From: Bacilli bacterium
GTDB lineage: Bacteria > Bacillota_I > Bacilli_A > RFN20 > CAG-826
Direction of reading: 5' to 3'
Length of the DNA: 64,000 nucleotides
Assembly: GCA_050952805.1 (NCBI GenBank)
Contig: JBMNLM010000001.1
Coordinates: forward strand, 285,741 to 349,740
Under the pieces are notes generated by a model. The model was not told where the DNA came from. It saw only the letters and a list, made by a program, of their open reading frames with translations, and did no database searches. Positions 21,802 to 31,989 of the stretch are shown piece after piece. Position 1 is the first letter of the stretch; each line of letters begins with the position of its first letter. Position numbers and translations under genes: made by a program.

Positions 21802-24513
21802 TTAAGCGATTACTACTGAAAAAGTTGCAACTGTAGTACCATCAAGAAATTCATCAGTAATGACACCAAGTCTTAAATTTATTGTTTCGCCGCTACCTGG
21901 TTCATTAGCTAATGTGCCAAAAATAGCAGCTATATCTACATCTTTTATTTCATAAGGACTAAATAAGAATTCATCACTTATATCAACGCGATCACTTTGG
22001 ATAATTTCGCTATCTAATTCTAAGTACATGCCTGTAAAGAAACTAGCATTGTTTTCAAAATCTAGTTGTAAACTAAACGTTACCGTGTCAACTGCGCCTC
22101 CATCAGGAGTTCTATTTATGGTAGCCTCACTAAAGTACATGACTTCAAAAAACTTACTATAGAGAGTAATTTGAAATGATTCACTAAATACAAGCTTATC
22201 TTGTTCATATTCTCCCCATGTTGAAGTCGCAAAGAGTTCTAATTTAAACGAGTGACGAATGTCTAGTTCTAAGTCTTCAAAGTCAATGTTAACACCTACT
22301 GGGGCGGTAGAATAAAGCGTATCAACAGGGAATTGATACCAAGTAAGTGTTTCTTCATCAGTTATAACAACGTAACCATTTGACCAATAGTTCGCATTTT
22401 CTTCGTTATTTAAATAAAGATAAATATTATAGTCTTCGCTACTTAGGGCGTTATAGGGAGCAGATACATCTAATCCATCCACCCAAGGTCCGTTAACAAA
22501 TGTGACGTTATCTTCGCTATAGATTACTTCAGTGGCCATAACATTTTCAACGATATCGTAGTATCGCATTGTAATTTCCATAGAAAATTCAGATCCAGTT
22601 AGATTTAGGTTTTGGTCATTGAAACTAACTTCCACCATTGTATTAGTTTCATAATTTACTACACTTGCTGAAATGGGGGCAAAAGTATTATCAATTGGGG
22701 TTAATGTAATAATAATTTCGCTTAAGACGCTATTAGAATCTTCGTATTGTGCAAGAAAATGCATTTTGTCGTCATTAGCGTTATATTCATCAAAATCAAA
22801 ACTATAAAAGTAAGGTTTAGGGGCAGAAGGCGTAAAGCCATCTAAGTTAAATCTAACATTTTCAAGACGCGCTCCTGTAACAAGTTGAAAGTTTTGACCA
22901 TTACTATAAATTGCTTCTAAAGTAACAAGCGCCTCTCCTGTTAATAGTTTTTCTTTTAGAGATTCTAAAATCTCGTCACTACTTACATAACTATCATCAC
23001 GAAGATTAATAAACTGACGATAAGACGTTTTTTCTAGGTTATATATATAAATTTCTTCACTATAGAAAAATATATTAAGTCGAAAATCTTCGTAATAATT
23101 ATAATCATCAATAAACACAGCCTGAGCATCAAAGCCATCATTATAAATAGTGCGGTTAAAGAGATTTAAACCATATATTTTTGATATCTTTTCTTTTTTA
23201 AAGACAACCGTTTTTGGAAGAATTAATTCTTCATTAAATTTACTAGTCGATGAATAATACGTTTGAGGATTATAAACAATCTTAAGGGCGACTTTTACTC
23301 CTAAAGAGGAATAAAGATCAAACTCACCATTTGGAGTATGTCTATTTAAGAGTTCTTCACTAACTTCAATAAGCTGATATTCATTAGTCTTTTCTAAATA
23401 TAATTCAGCGTCGTTACCGTTAATGTCTTTTAAATAAAGCATAAAGAACTCAAAGTAGTCATTTGGGTCACTGTAGTCAAGTCTAATCGCCATTTGTGAG
23501 GTTTCCGTGCTTACTTTAAAGTCGCTAATATAGTCGTAAAATTGGCTCTTTACTGAGTTTCTTATAACTACATCGCCAGTGAGTGAGTGCATTTCTATTT
23601 CGTTAGTGGCTAGTCTTTCTTCATACGTAAAAACATAATAAATGTGCGTGTTTAAGAGATTTGTATTATCAACTCTAAGACGTTGTTCCCCGCGTCTTTT
23701 TTCTAAATTTAGACTCGCTATTTGGCTTCCTCTTGCTGGATCATCTAATGTTTCATCAAATAAAAATAATTCTAGATAAAAGGAAGCAAAACTATCGTAG
23801 TCATCGTTATAATCTAGATTTACGATTAATTCATCAGTTTCGACATCATAACTATATTCATCAATGAAGAAACTATAAAATTCACTTACTGCTCTTGTAA
23901 TTATGTTTTCTTTTATAAGAACTTCTTTGTTTTTATTAACTTTTTGAACAACTTGTAATGTGTATTTTTGATTAACTTCTAAAGAAGAGAAAACTCCCTC
24001 ATTTTCACCGTCTTCTAAGGACTTATCTAAATAACGACCATTATTTTCTAAAACAATCGTGTAATTTGCCCCTTTAATCGTATTTGATAAAGAAAGATTG
24101 TAATTTACTTCATTTGCACTTACGCGTAAATAAGAAAAAGAGGCGTCTGCTAGAGGCGTAGGCGTCGTATTACCAAAAACATTAATTCCTGTAACGACTG
24201 CAACGCTAGTTATAACTAGTGTTGCGACCGCTTCTATTGCCCCGACCGAGGATGATGTCGCGCCTGCGACATTTTCGGAAGGTCGGTTTCTAAATGTAAA
24301 TCTTCGTTTTTTTACTAAGCAGTTCTTTTCAACTTCATCGTTAATCGTTGAAGTGTCATTAATCTCTGAGTCGAACTTAATTTCGTTATAGTCAGATTCA
24401 ACGGTTTTGTTTGATGGATACGACAAAAACTCACTAGATTCACCGTGATCTTGTTTTGTTTTGACGTTATTATACTCGTCACTTGGGAGATTATCAAAAC
24501 GTGATTTGCTCAT
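21802..24513 (-). CDS. Large acidic membrane-anchored surface protein (903 aa), repeated beta-rich domains
   Basis: One hydrophobic segment near aa 90-113; recurrent 'FY.F...L.Y.D' segments. Confidence 0.6.
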   Translation of the reverse strand: MSKSRFDNLPSDEYNNVKTKQDHGESSEFLSYPSNKTVESDYNEIKFDSEINDTSTINDEVEKNCLVKKRRFTFRNRPSENVAGATSSSVGAIEAVATLVITSVAVVTGINVFGNTTPTPLADASFSYLRVSANEVNYNLSLSNTIKGANYTIVLENNGRYLDKSLEDGENEGVFSSLEVNQKYTLQVVQKVNKNKEVLIKENIITRAVSEFYSFFIDEYSYDVETDELIVNLDYNDDYDSFASFYLELFLFDETLDDPARGSQIASLNLEKRRGEQRLRVDNTNLLNTHIYYVFTYEERLATNEIEMHSLTGDVVIRNSVKSQFYDYISDFKVSTETSQMAIRLDYSDPNDYFEFFMLYLKDINGNDAELYLEKTNEYQLIEVSEELLNRHTPNGEFDLYSSLGVKVALKIVYNPQTYYSSTSKFNEELILPKTVVFKKEKISKIYGLNLFNRTIYNDGFDAQAVFIDDYNYYEDFRLNIFFYSEEIYIYNLEKTSYRQFINLRDDSYVSSDEILESLKEKLLTGEALVTLEAIYSNGQNFQLVTGARLENVRFNLDGFTPSAPKPYFYSFDFDEYNANDDKMHFLAQYEDSNSVLSEIIITLTPIDNTFAPISASVVNYETNTMVEVSFNDQNLNLTGSEFSMEITMRYYDIVENVMATEVIYSEDNVTFVNGPWVDGLDVSAPYNALSSEDYNIYLYLNNEENANYWSNGYVVITDEETLTWYQFPVDTLYSTAPVGVNIDFEDLELDIRHSFKLELFATSTWGEYEQDKLVFSESFQITLYSKFFEVMYFSEATINRTPDGGAVDTVTFSLQLDFENNASFFTGMYLELDSEIIQSDRVDISDEFLFSPYEIKDVDIAAIFGTLANEPGSGETINLRLGVITDEFLDGTTVATFSVVIA

Positions 24514-24680
24514 TAAATAGCCTAATAATAGTAATTTCTATTACATTATTATAATAATATAAATAAATTGATATATAAACACAGAATTTTAAAAGCAATA
24601 GTTAAAGAATTAAAAAAAGAAAGCCAAATATTGGCTTTCTAATATGAATGTTAATAATAGCGTTAATTAAGTCTTCCTTG

Positions 24681-25061
24681 CTAATACACAATCGGTTCTC
24701 TTGCTTTTACTTCTGATAAAAACATAAATAAAGCAATGATGCTTACGATATTAACAAAGAATCCAACCGCAAATAGCACGGTTATCGCTGTTTTATCTAG
24801 TTTAGCTGCTTGAACAAAAGCAAGCACATAATAGATGATGATGAGAATGCTAACGATAGCTAATAAAATTACGAGCAAGAGTGTTTTTGAGAAAAGTGAG
24901 ACAATAAAATTACTCACTTCTTCATCTGTTGGGGCGCTACTAGTTAGGCCAATTAAGCCATAACGAAATGCCATAACTATAAAGATGATTGTAAGGATTA
25001 CTTTAGTAAGTATTAAATAAAGTGTTGTTCTTGTGTATTTTTTTGCTTTTTTAAAGTCCAT
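24681..25061 (-). CDS. Small membrane protein, paralog 1 of tandem trio
   Basis: 3 TM helices; 'KKAKKYTRTTLYL...AKLDKT...LFAVGFFV.IVSIIAL'. Confidence 0.7.
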   Translation of the reverse strand: MDFKKAKKYTRTTLYLILTKVILTIIFIVMAFRYGLIGLTSSAPTDEEVSNFIVSLFSKTLLLVILLAIVSILIIIYYVLAFVQAAKLDKTAITVLFAVGFFVNIVSIIALFMFLSEVKAREPIVY

Positions 25062-25078
25062 ATGTTTACCTCACTAAA

Positions 25079-25492
25079 TTAGTTTTGAATATAGTTTTGT
25101 TTTGGCTTCTTCGTTAGTTTACTTCCGACGGAAATCGTCGTTATTAGTCCTGCAATATTCACAAGCGGAATAAAGATTCCTACAATTAAAAGAATTTGTG
25201 ATGTTTTCTTTGGAAAACTATCGGAACGGACGATTGTAATAATATAAAAGACAACATAAAGAATAAAAATAATCGAATTAACTAAAAAGAAAAGTGTTGA
25301 AATAAAGCCATGCGTCAATAAGGCTACTAGAAGAGAAGCAAAAGAAGAATTATTAGCTTCGTGTTCAATCGCGTCTTTATTAATTAAGTAAAAGAAAATT
25401 GAAAGAATAGCGATAATAACAAACAAAAGATATAAAATTAAGCTAGTAATTGCCATGTTTTTGGCTTGTTTTGCTCTTATTCTATCTATCAT
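25079..25492 (-). CDS. Small membrane protein, paralog 2
   Basis: 'KQAKNMAITSL...LLIVGIFIPLVNIAGL'. Confidence 0.7.
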   Translation of the reverse strand: MIDRIRAKQAKNMAITSLILYLLFVIIAILSIFFYLINKDAIEHEANNSSFASLLVALLTHGFISTLFFLVNSIIFILYVVFYIITIVRSDSFPKKTSQILLIVGIFIPLVNIAGLITTISVGSKLTKKPKQNYIQN

Positions 25493-25519
25493 ATTATTAT
25501 TGTCCTATAAATTTTGTTT

Positions 25520-25897
25520 TTATTCTAGTGACTCTAATTTTTTTGCTTTGTGAAGTAACATTGCTAAACCAACTATGTTACAAACAGGAACTAATAAACC
25601 AATAATAAGAAGATTACGTTCTTTTCTCGTTTCTAGTTTATTAGCCTCCACGATCGCAATAATATAGACAACTAAATAAACAATTGATAAGACACCAATG
25701 CTAATAACGGCAAGTCCTCCAAATACGCCCATAACACCAAGAAGAGCAAAGAAGTAACTTGTAAAGTTGTCTGTTTCTTCTTCGATTTGTTTACCAGCGA
25801 CTTTAAATAAAATAATAAAGGCAATCGTAATTAAAAGCATTACGCCTAGCATTACAAGACTTGTAATTGCCATATTCTTAGCTTTTTTTGTATTCAT
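25520..25897 (-). CDS. Small membrane protein, paralog 3
   Basis: 'KKAKNMAITSL...LLIIGLLVPVCNIVGL'; start moved to MNTKK behind GAGG. Confidence 0.7.
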   Translation of the reverse strand: MNTKKAKNMAITSLVMLGVMLLITIAFIILFKVAGKQIEEETDNFTSYFFALLGVMGVFGGLAVISIGVLSIVYLVVYIIAIVEANKLETRKERNLLIIGLLVPVCNIVGLAMLLHKAKKLESLE

Positions 25898-26030
25898 ATC
25901 GTCATAACCTCGCTTAATTAGCATATACCTTTTTACGTATAATTCCATAGAAATTACTAAATTTAGTAATTTTTTACCGAATAAACTAATACAAAAAAAG
26001 ACATACAACTCGTATGTCTCTTACTATCTT

Positions 26031-26107
26031 TGGTTGCGGAGGGAGGATTTGAACCTCCGTCCTCCGGGTTATGGGCCCGACAAGCTACCAGACTGCTCTA
26101 CTCCGCG
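26031..26107 (-). tRNA. Initiator tRNA-fMet(CAT), C33 variant
   Basis: C1:A72 mismatch, GGG/CCC anticodon stem, loop CC-CAT-AA, CCA end. Confidence 0.93.
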
Positions 26108-26322
26108 ATGTGCTTGTATTATATATACTTTTACTCTTTTAGGCAAGAAATATATTTTTAAGTTTATTTTGTTTTATACCTTCCTTAATTTCTTTAGCAC
26201 TTGATCTAGGGTGAGTAAAGTAATATTGAGGGCGATTTTGCAAGAAAAAAGTGCGATTTGCTATGGTTTTAGCAATATCGCACTTTTTTAATTTAATACA
26301 TTTTGAACTTCTTCTCTTTAAC

Positions 26323-29235
26323 TTATTCTTCCCAAACTGTAGGAACGCCGTCGACGTAGCGCCAGTGAGCGCCATCATAATTTGCGGTCTCGCTATAAAA
26401 GTATACAGGGCAATTAGAAGCATTCCACTCTTCTTCTAAGGTTTCTGGAAGTGAGGGGGCTAAAGTATAAATACTTAAGCTTGAGCAACCATAAAAGGCG
26501 CGGTATTCAATAGTCGTAACAGTGCTTGGAAGAACAATACTTGTAAGGGCGCTACAATTTGAGAAAGCATATCTTCCAATTCTTGTAATTCCTTCGTTTA
26601 GAACTACTTTATTAAGATTAAAACAGCCAACGAAAACTCCACCGTTAATTTCGGTAACGCCACTTGGTATTTCGATTTCGCTAAGATTACTACAATAGCT
26701 AAAACAATATCCGCCAATCATAGTAACTCCGCTTGGAATTGTAATCTCTATTATACGTGTATCACTAAAGGCATTATCGCCTAGTGTTGTAACTGAGGAT
26801 GGAATAGTAATATTTACTAAACTTCTACATTCATAGAAGCAAAAGGAAGGAATGCTTGTAATTTCTCCTTCAATTATAACTTCACTTAAATCTGAACAAC
26901 GATTAAAGGCACTTACTCCTAGAGTCACGATATTTGCCGGTAATGTAATACTAGTTATACTTGATTCACTAAAGGCAAAGTCGCCTATACCTACGACTGT
27001 TGAAGGAATTGTTGAGTTAGCGCAGCCAATTACAAGCACATTGTTCTTTTTATTAACAATAGCGTTGCAATCATTTCTTGAATCATAGTTTGGATTTAAA
27101 GGATGAACGGAAATTGAAGTTATACTTCCCTTATAAAAGGAATTATGCGATACGCTTAACACGTTTTCACCTAGTGTTAGCGTATCTATTTCCCGACAAC
27201 TTTCAAAGGCAAGCGAGGCAATCACGCGTAATTCAGTGTTAAATTCCGGGTTTCCTAGCTTAACACAACGGCTAAATGCTTTTTTAGCGATATACCTAAC
27301 ATTGGCGCCAAAATTAACAGCGTCTAAAAGATTACATTCAGCAAATGCTTCTTCCTCGATCATAGTAACGGAATCGGGTACTGAAATTTCTTGTAAACTT
27401 CCACAATCAGAGAAAGCACGAAAACTAATGTATTTAAGGTTATTACTAAGCGTGACTCCTTGCATTCCTCCACAATATAAGAAAGCGCTACGACCAATTT
27501 TTGTAACACTATTAGGAATAATAAATGTCGTCATCGGTAGTTTTGAATTACAAAATGCAAAGTCTTCTAACTCTGTAACACTATTAGGAATTGTAATACC
27601 ACTATTAATTAAGTCTTTGTAGGCCAAAGATTCTTCTCCTAGGATTTTTGTTCCTTCGGGAATATAACCGTCTTTTGTACCAAATAGTAGCTTATCGGTC
27701 GCGGTTTCCATGATTGCTTTATTGTTAGATGAATGATATTTAGTATTACCTTCTTCTACAATAAGCGAAGTAAGTTCTCTACACCGAGTTAGAGCTCCTA
27801 GGCCAATACTAATTACTCCTACTGGGATCGTTAGGCTAGTTAATTGCGAGCAACCTTCTAAAGCCTTAGCGGCAATTATCTTAGTATCTCCATGAATATC
27901 AATTGAAGTAATATTAGTTGCTTTGGCTGAAATTAAGACGAAATGTTCATTAGTAGCACTACCTAAATATATACCGTTACCGTATTCGGTGTAACCTATA
28001 ACATTATCTGCACCTAAATAAAAAGATTTTATTCCAACAGAAGTTAACGTATCAGGTAAAACAACATCTGTTAGTAGTTTACAATTAGTAAAAGCATAGT
28101 TGCTAATTTTTTTAAGTTCATTCCCAAAGGTAACATGCGTAAGATTGGAACAGTTACTAAACGCACCAATTCCGATTGTATGTACATTTTGTCCTATTGT
28201 AACACTAGTAATTTTGCTGCCATTGAACGCATTATCTCCAATAATTTTTGTATTATTGTGAATTAAAAGCGGTTCGCTTCCAAGAGTCTCATCTCCTTTA
28301 TATAAGACAAGATATGGATTTTCGCTATTTCCAGCATACATCCCCTTGTTATAAGTAGTTAAACAGTCTTTTGATGAACTCTCTAAGATGGCAGTTTCAA
28401 TAGTTTCAATATTATTAGGTAATTCTAAATTTACTAAGTTTGGACAATTAGCAAATGCTCTATATTTAATCGTTTTAACACTCTCAGGTAAAACAATTGA
28501 TGTAAGACTTTCGCAGTATGCAAACGCCGTACTACCTATTAATTCTAGACCATTACCAAAATTAACTGTTTCTAAATTAATACAATAACTAAAAGCGTTC
28601 TCGCCAATATGAGTAACGGTATCAGGTAAGGTAACTTTCGTTAATGTATCATTTTTATAAAATGCCTCTTTTTGTAAGGCTACAACTGGCAATTCATCGA
28701 TAGTAGCAGGAATGTCAATAACTGGAGCATTCCCGTAATAGCCAACTAAAACGATACCCTCACTTTTTTCACCCCAAACAAAATCTAGAGGATCAACTTC
28801 AGGAGTTTTTTGATGAGCGATATATTTAGCTGTATAACTAGCATCTGCTACTACTCTAACAATTTCAGGAGTCCAGCCATCAAATTCATACGTATTATCT
28901 TCGTCTTCATCGCGAGTTGGTGTTAAGCCTGTGTAAACTGGAATATCTCCTTCTTCATAATTATCCTCTGCAAGTAGTATGTCACCATTCCAATTAAGCC
29001 ATGTGATTGTATAAGTCGTAACAGGTGGCTCGCTTGTTTCATCTTCAGACGATGTTTCATCTTCGGATGGAGTCTCATCTTCCGACGGTGTATCATCTTC
29101 AGAAGGTGTTTCATCTTCTGTCGTAACACTCGTTGGTGGGTCTTCGCTACTTTCACTAGGTTTTGGTTTCCCTCCACATGCGCTAAAAAGTAGCGACATC
29201 AGCGCTAGTAGAAAAATTATCTTCTTGTTTTTCAT
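26323..29235 (-). CDS. BspA-like leucine-rich repeat (LRR_5) lipoprotein
   Basis: Lipobox LFSAC, acidic linker, InlB-B-like repeat (YTITW...FDGW), many 'L..I.IP..V..IG..AF..C' repeats. Confidence 0.9.
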   Translation of the reverse strand: MKNKKIIFLLALMSLLFSACGGKPKPSESSEDPPTSVTTEDETPSEDDTPSEDETPSEDETSSEDETSEPPVTTYTITWLNWNGDILLAEDNYEEGDIPVYTGLTPTRDEDEDNTYEFDGWTPEIVRVVADASYTAKYIAHQKTPEVDPLDFVWGEKSEGIVLVGYYGNAPVIDIPATIDELPVVALQKEAFYKNDTLTKVTLPDTVTHIGENAFSYCINLETVNFGNGLELIGSTAFAYCESLTSIVLPESVKTIKYRAFANCPNLVNLELPNNIETIETAILESSSKDCLTTYNKGMYAGNSENPYLVLYKGDETLGSEPLLIHNNTKIIGDNAFNGSKITSVTIGQNVHTIGIGAFSNCSNLTHVTFGNELKKISNYAFTNCKLLTDVVLPDTLTSVGIKSFYLGADNVIGYTEYGNGIYLGSATNEHFVLISAKATNITSIDIHGDTKIIAAKALEGCSQLTSLTIPVGVISIGLGALTRCRELTSLIVEEGNTKYHSSNNKAIMETATDKLLFGTKDGYIPEGTKILGEESLAYKDLINSGITIPNSVTELEDFAFCNSKLPMTTFIIPNSVTKIGRSAFLYCGGMQGVTLSNNLKYISFRAFSDCGSLQEISVPDSVTMIEEEAFAECNLLDAVNFGANVRYIAKKAFSRCVKLGNPEFNTELRVIASLAFESCREIDTLTLGENVLSVSHNSFYKGSITSISVHPLNPNYDSRNDCNAIVNKKNNVLVIGCANSTIPSTVVGIGDFAFSESSITSITLPANIVTLGVSAFNRCSDLSEVIIEGEITSIPSFCFYECRSLVNITIPSSVTTLGDNAFSDTRIIEITIPSGVTMIGGYCFSYCSNLSEIEIPSGVTEINGGVFVGCFNLNKVVLNEGITRIGRYAFSNCSALTSIVLPSTVTTIEYRAFYGCSSLSIYTLAPSLPETLEEEWNASNCPVYFYSETANYDGAHWRYVDGVPTVWEE
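29041..29118 (-). repeat. 18-bp degenerate tandem repeat encoding (EDETPS)n
   Basis: atcttcagacgatgtttc / atcttcggatggagtctc / atcttccgacggtgtatc / atcttcagaaggtgtttc plus a partial fifth unit. Confidence 0.85.
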
Positions 29236-29381
29236 ATTCTCCTCCCAATTATTTGTACTTGTAGAATATTTAGTTTCATTTTACTTTTAAGTAAAATAAA
29301 AATAATACTCATTTCAAATATTTGTCATAATGTGATTTAAATATGGATAATTTTATGAATATGAAAAAATGGAAGAAAAAG

Positions 29382-29429
29382 AAAATAGTCCGTTTTTGCA
29401 CTCTATTTCCTATAAAAACGGACTATTTT
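29382..29429. terminator. Hairpin with 16-bp perfect stem
   Basis: AAAATAGTCCGTTTTT...AAAAACGGACTATTTT downstream of the Sel1 gene. Confidence 0.8.
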
Positions 29430-29446
29430 AGATTTTTTAATAATAT

Positions 29447-29956
29447 TTAGACAATTCTAGAAAACTTATCGGCGAGGTCTTTTAGGCTTTCGGCTTTCTC
29501 AGGATAGCCTTCTTCATAGATTTGTGCTAGCTTTTCTAGGCCTCTTACACTTTCCTTACATCTTGCCTTCGTTAAATAAGATTCAGCATCTCTTAAACTT
29601 AGTTTAACGCCAATGCCAAATAAATATGCTTCGCCTATTTTACTCATTGCCTTATCAAAGCCTAAGTTTGCACTTCTTTTTAAAAAGGCAATGTATTTAT
29701 GTTCATCAGTTTGAACACTAAAGGCAGGATTAATTAAAAGAAGCGCATAAACATAATAACTTTGTGCGTGTTTATCACGCATACAGTAATTAAGTAATTT
29801 AATTGCCCTTTTATTATCTTTTGGGAAATTATATTTTCCTAGCGCATAAAAAAGCGCTAGAGCGGTAATTGCTTCATAATCTTTTGAGTTTTCGCTATTT
29901 ATGATGCGCTCAAGTTGGTCGTCAGTATAATGTTCTATTTCCCAAAGATACTTCAT
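29447..29956 (-). CDS. Sel1-like repeat protein
   Basis: 'AMSKIGEAYLFGIGVKLSLRDAESY' Sel1 pattern. Confidence 0.7.
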   Translation of the reverse strand: MKYLWEIEHYTDDQLERIINSENSKDYEAITALALFYALGKYNFPKDNKRAIKLLNYCMRDKHAQSYYVYALLLINPAFSVQTDEHKYIAFLKRSANLGFDKAMSKIGEAYLFGIGVKLSLRDAESYLTKARCKESVRGLEKLAQIYEEGYPEKAESLKDLADKFSRIV

Positions 29957-31230
29957 TAATCTTTTGTAATCCTATCAGTTATAGTTTGCGCATTTTTATA
30001 TATTGTTTCTATATCTTCATCTAAATAGAACTTACCATCTTCATAAAGAATCTTGCCATTTATCATCGTTAAGTAAATATTGCTCTTGCTTCCAGCATAG
30101 ACAATATTTTTAACGATGTTATTCATTGGTTGCATATTTGGTTGTTTTAAATCAATCATGATAAGGTCTGCTAGTTTATTTGGAGCTAAAATATCAGCAT
30201 TATCTAAGCCCATTGCTATTGATCCATTAACTGTTGCCATTTTAATAACGTCATATGCATCAACAACACTAGCATCGTTTTCTCTAATTTTTGCTAATCC
30301 TGTTACTAAAAACATTTCCCGAAACATATCGAGACAATTATTACTTGCAGGACCGTCAGTTCCAATTGCAACGTTAATTCCTTCATCTAGATAACGCTTA
30401 ATTGGAGCGATTCCACTTGCAAGTTTTGTATTACTACTTGGGCAAGTAACAATACTTAGATTACGTTTTTTGAATATTTCAAAGTCGATATCTCGGAATG
30501 CAACACCGTGATAGCCGCCTCCTCCGTAGTTAAATAGACCAAGACTATCAAAATAGGCGGCAGGCGTCATTCCGTGTCGACTAATACAACCTTCTACTTC
30601 TTTTTCGGTTTCACTAATATGCGTGAATATTGGTGATTTAGTATCGTTCGCTGCTTTACTTAAATCGCGAAGGATTTCTGGCGTTGATGTGTATTCTGCG
30701 TGAAACCCAAAGTAATACTTAACTAAAGGACTCATAGAATTAATAACGCGATAATTTTCTTTAAGTTCTTCTATAGTTTCGCGGTTTTCGGTAATTGTGC
30801 CAATTAAGACACTTCGAAAACCTGTATCTCTTGCAGCTTTTGCAATTTCTAGAGGATGATAATACATGTCAAATGCCGCGGTGATACCGCTACTTACGTA
30901 TTCGGCAAAAGCTACTTTACTAAGATGATATATATCTTCTTTTAGAAGTTTATCTTCAAGCGGAAAGACTGCTTCGTTTAGCCATCTATCAAGAGGGAGA
31001 TCATCAACATAACTTCTTAAAAATGTCATGGGACTATGAGCATGAGCGTTTTTAAATCCCGGCATTAAGAGATTGCCATTACAATCAATAACGCGGTCAA
31101 ATTTAGTCTTAGTTTCCTTTTTAGGACCGACATAAGTAATTAGATTACCTTCAACCCAAAGTTCGCCAAAAAAGATGTCTCTATCTTCTTCCATTGTAAG
31201 AATTCTTGCATTTATAAACCGTATTTTCAT
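29956..31230 (-). CDS. Amidohydrolase, MtaD/SsnA (MTA/SAH deaminase-like) family
   Basis: PGFKNAHAH, HISET..E, CPSSNTKLASG, GTDGPASNN. Confidence 0.85.
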   Translation of the reverse strand: MKIRFINARILTMEEDRDIFFGELWVEGNLITYVGPKKETKTKFDRVIDCNGNLLMPGFKNAHAHSPMTFLRSYVDDLPLDRWLNEAVFPLEDKLLKEDIYHLSKVAFAEYVSSGITAAFDMYYHPLEIAKAARDTGFRSVLIGTITENRETIEELKENYRVINSMSPLVKYYFGFHAEYTSTPEILRDLSKAANDTKSPIFTHISETEKEVEGCISRHGMTPAAYFDSLGLFNYGGGGYHGVAFRDIDFEIFKKRNLSIVTCPSSNTKLASGIAPIKRYLDEGINVAIGTDGPASNNCLDMFREMFLVTGLAKIRENDASVVDAYDVIKMATVNGSIAMGLDNADILAPNKLADLIMIDLKQPNMQPMNNIVKNIVYAGSKSNIYLTMINGKILYEDGKFYLDEDIETIYKNAQTITDRITKD

Positions 31231-31489
31231 ATCTAATACCTCCTAATTATTATACTTTTATTAAGATAATAAAAAAAGGACGAACTTTTTTGCCAAAAAT
31301 TTGCCCAAACTTTATAAATAGGAAAGATGTTTCACTTTTAGTCCCAAATTGTTTAATTTTTTTAAAAAAAGAAAAACCTCGATCTATCTCGAGGTTAAAA
31401 GTTGTCTATTTCTAGAACAAAAACAAATTTAATAACTAAAAATAAACTTAATTAGTGTTTTGTACTGTTTATAATATAGAAAAAGATAA

Positions 31490-31624
31490 CTATTCTTCTT
31501 CATTATAAGGAACGATGTATTCGCTCGTCGCCCCGCAATACTCGCAGTAGTCAGGGTTATCGATGATCATTCCACAAAGTGTACATAAATAACGTTGTTT
31601 CTTTTCTTCTTTTACTTCACTCAT
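31490..31624 (-). CDS. Rubredoxin-like small protein, 44 aa (not in ORF track)
   Basis: MSEVKEEKKQRYLCTLCGMIIDNPDYCEYCGATSEYIVPYNEEE; two CxxCG motifs; RBS AGAGGT. Confidence 0.75.
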   Translation of the reverse strand: MSEVKEEKKQRYLCTLCGMIIDNPDYCEYCGATSEYIVPYNEEE

Positions 31625-31782
31625 TTTATTTACCTCTACTATTATATTAGTCTAATAGGAGTAAAATTACGAATAAAATCTTATATATCCTTATAAAACT
31701 TATTAAAATTGTCGTAATTAAAGAACTTGGCCTTAAAGCTATTAAAAAAGTCGCGAATGTTCGCGACTTAAGTTAGAGTTCA

Positions 31783-31989
31783 CTAGGACTTACGATTAAG
31801 TAAGAGAAAGCTAGGAAAACCTAACAACAAGGCAATGTAGAAGATAATTGATGCAAGTGTGTATGCACGAACTATCGTAAATACTATGCCTAAGAATACG
31901 AGTAATCCGCTTATAAAGAATACGTGAACTGCTTTGTAATTAAATCTAACTTGTCTAAATTTACGGATTACATTGGTTAATAACATCAT
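31783..31989 (-). CDS. Small two-TM membrane protein
   Basis: RBS GGAGGT before ATG; two hydrophobic helices. Confidence 0.55.
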   Translation of the reverse strand: MMLLTNVIRKFRQVRFNYKAVHVFFISGLLVFLGIVFTIVRAYTLASIIFYIALLLGFPSFLLLNRKS

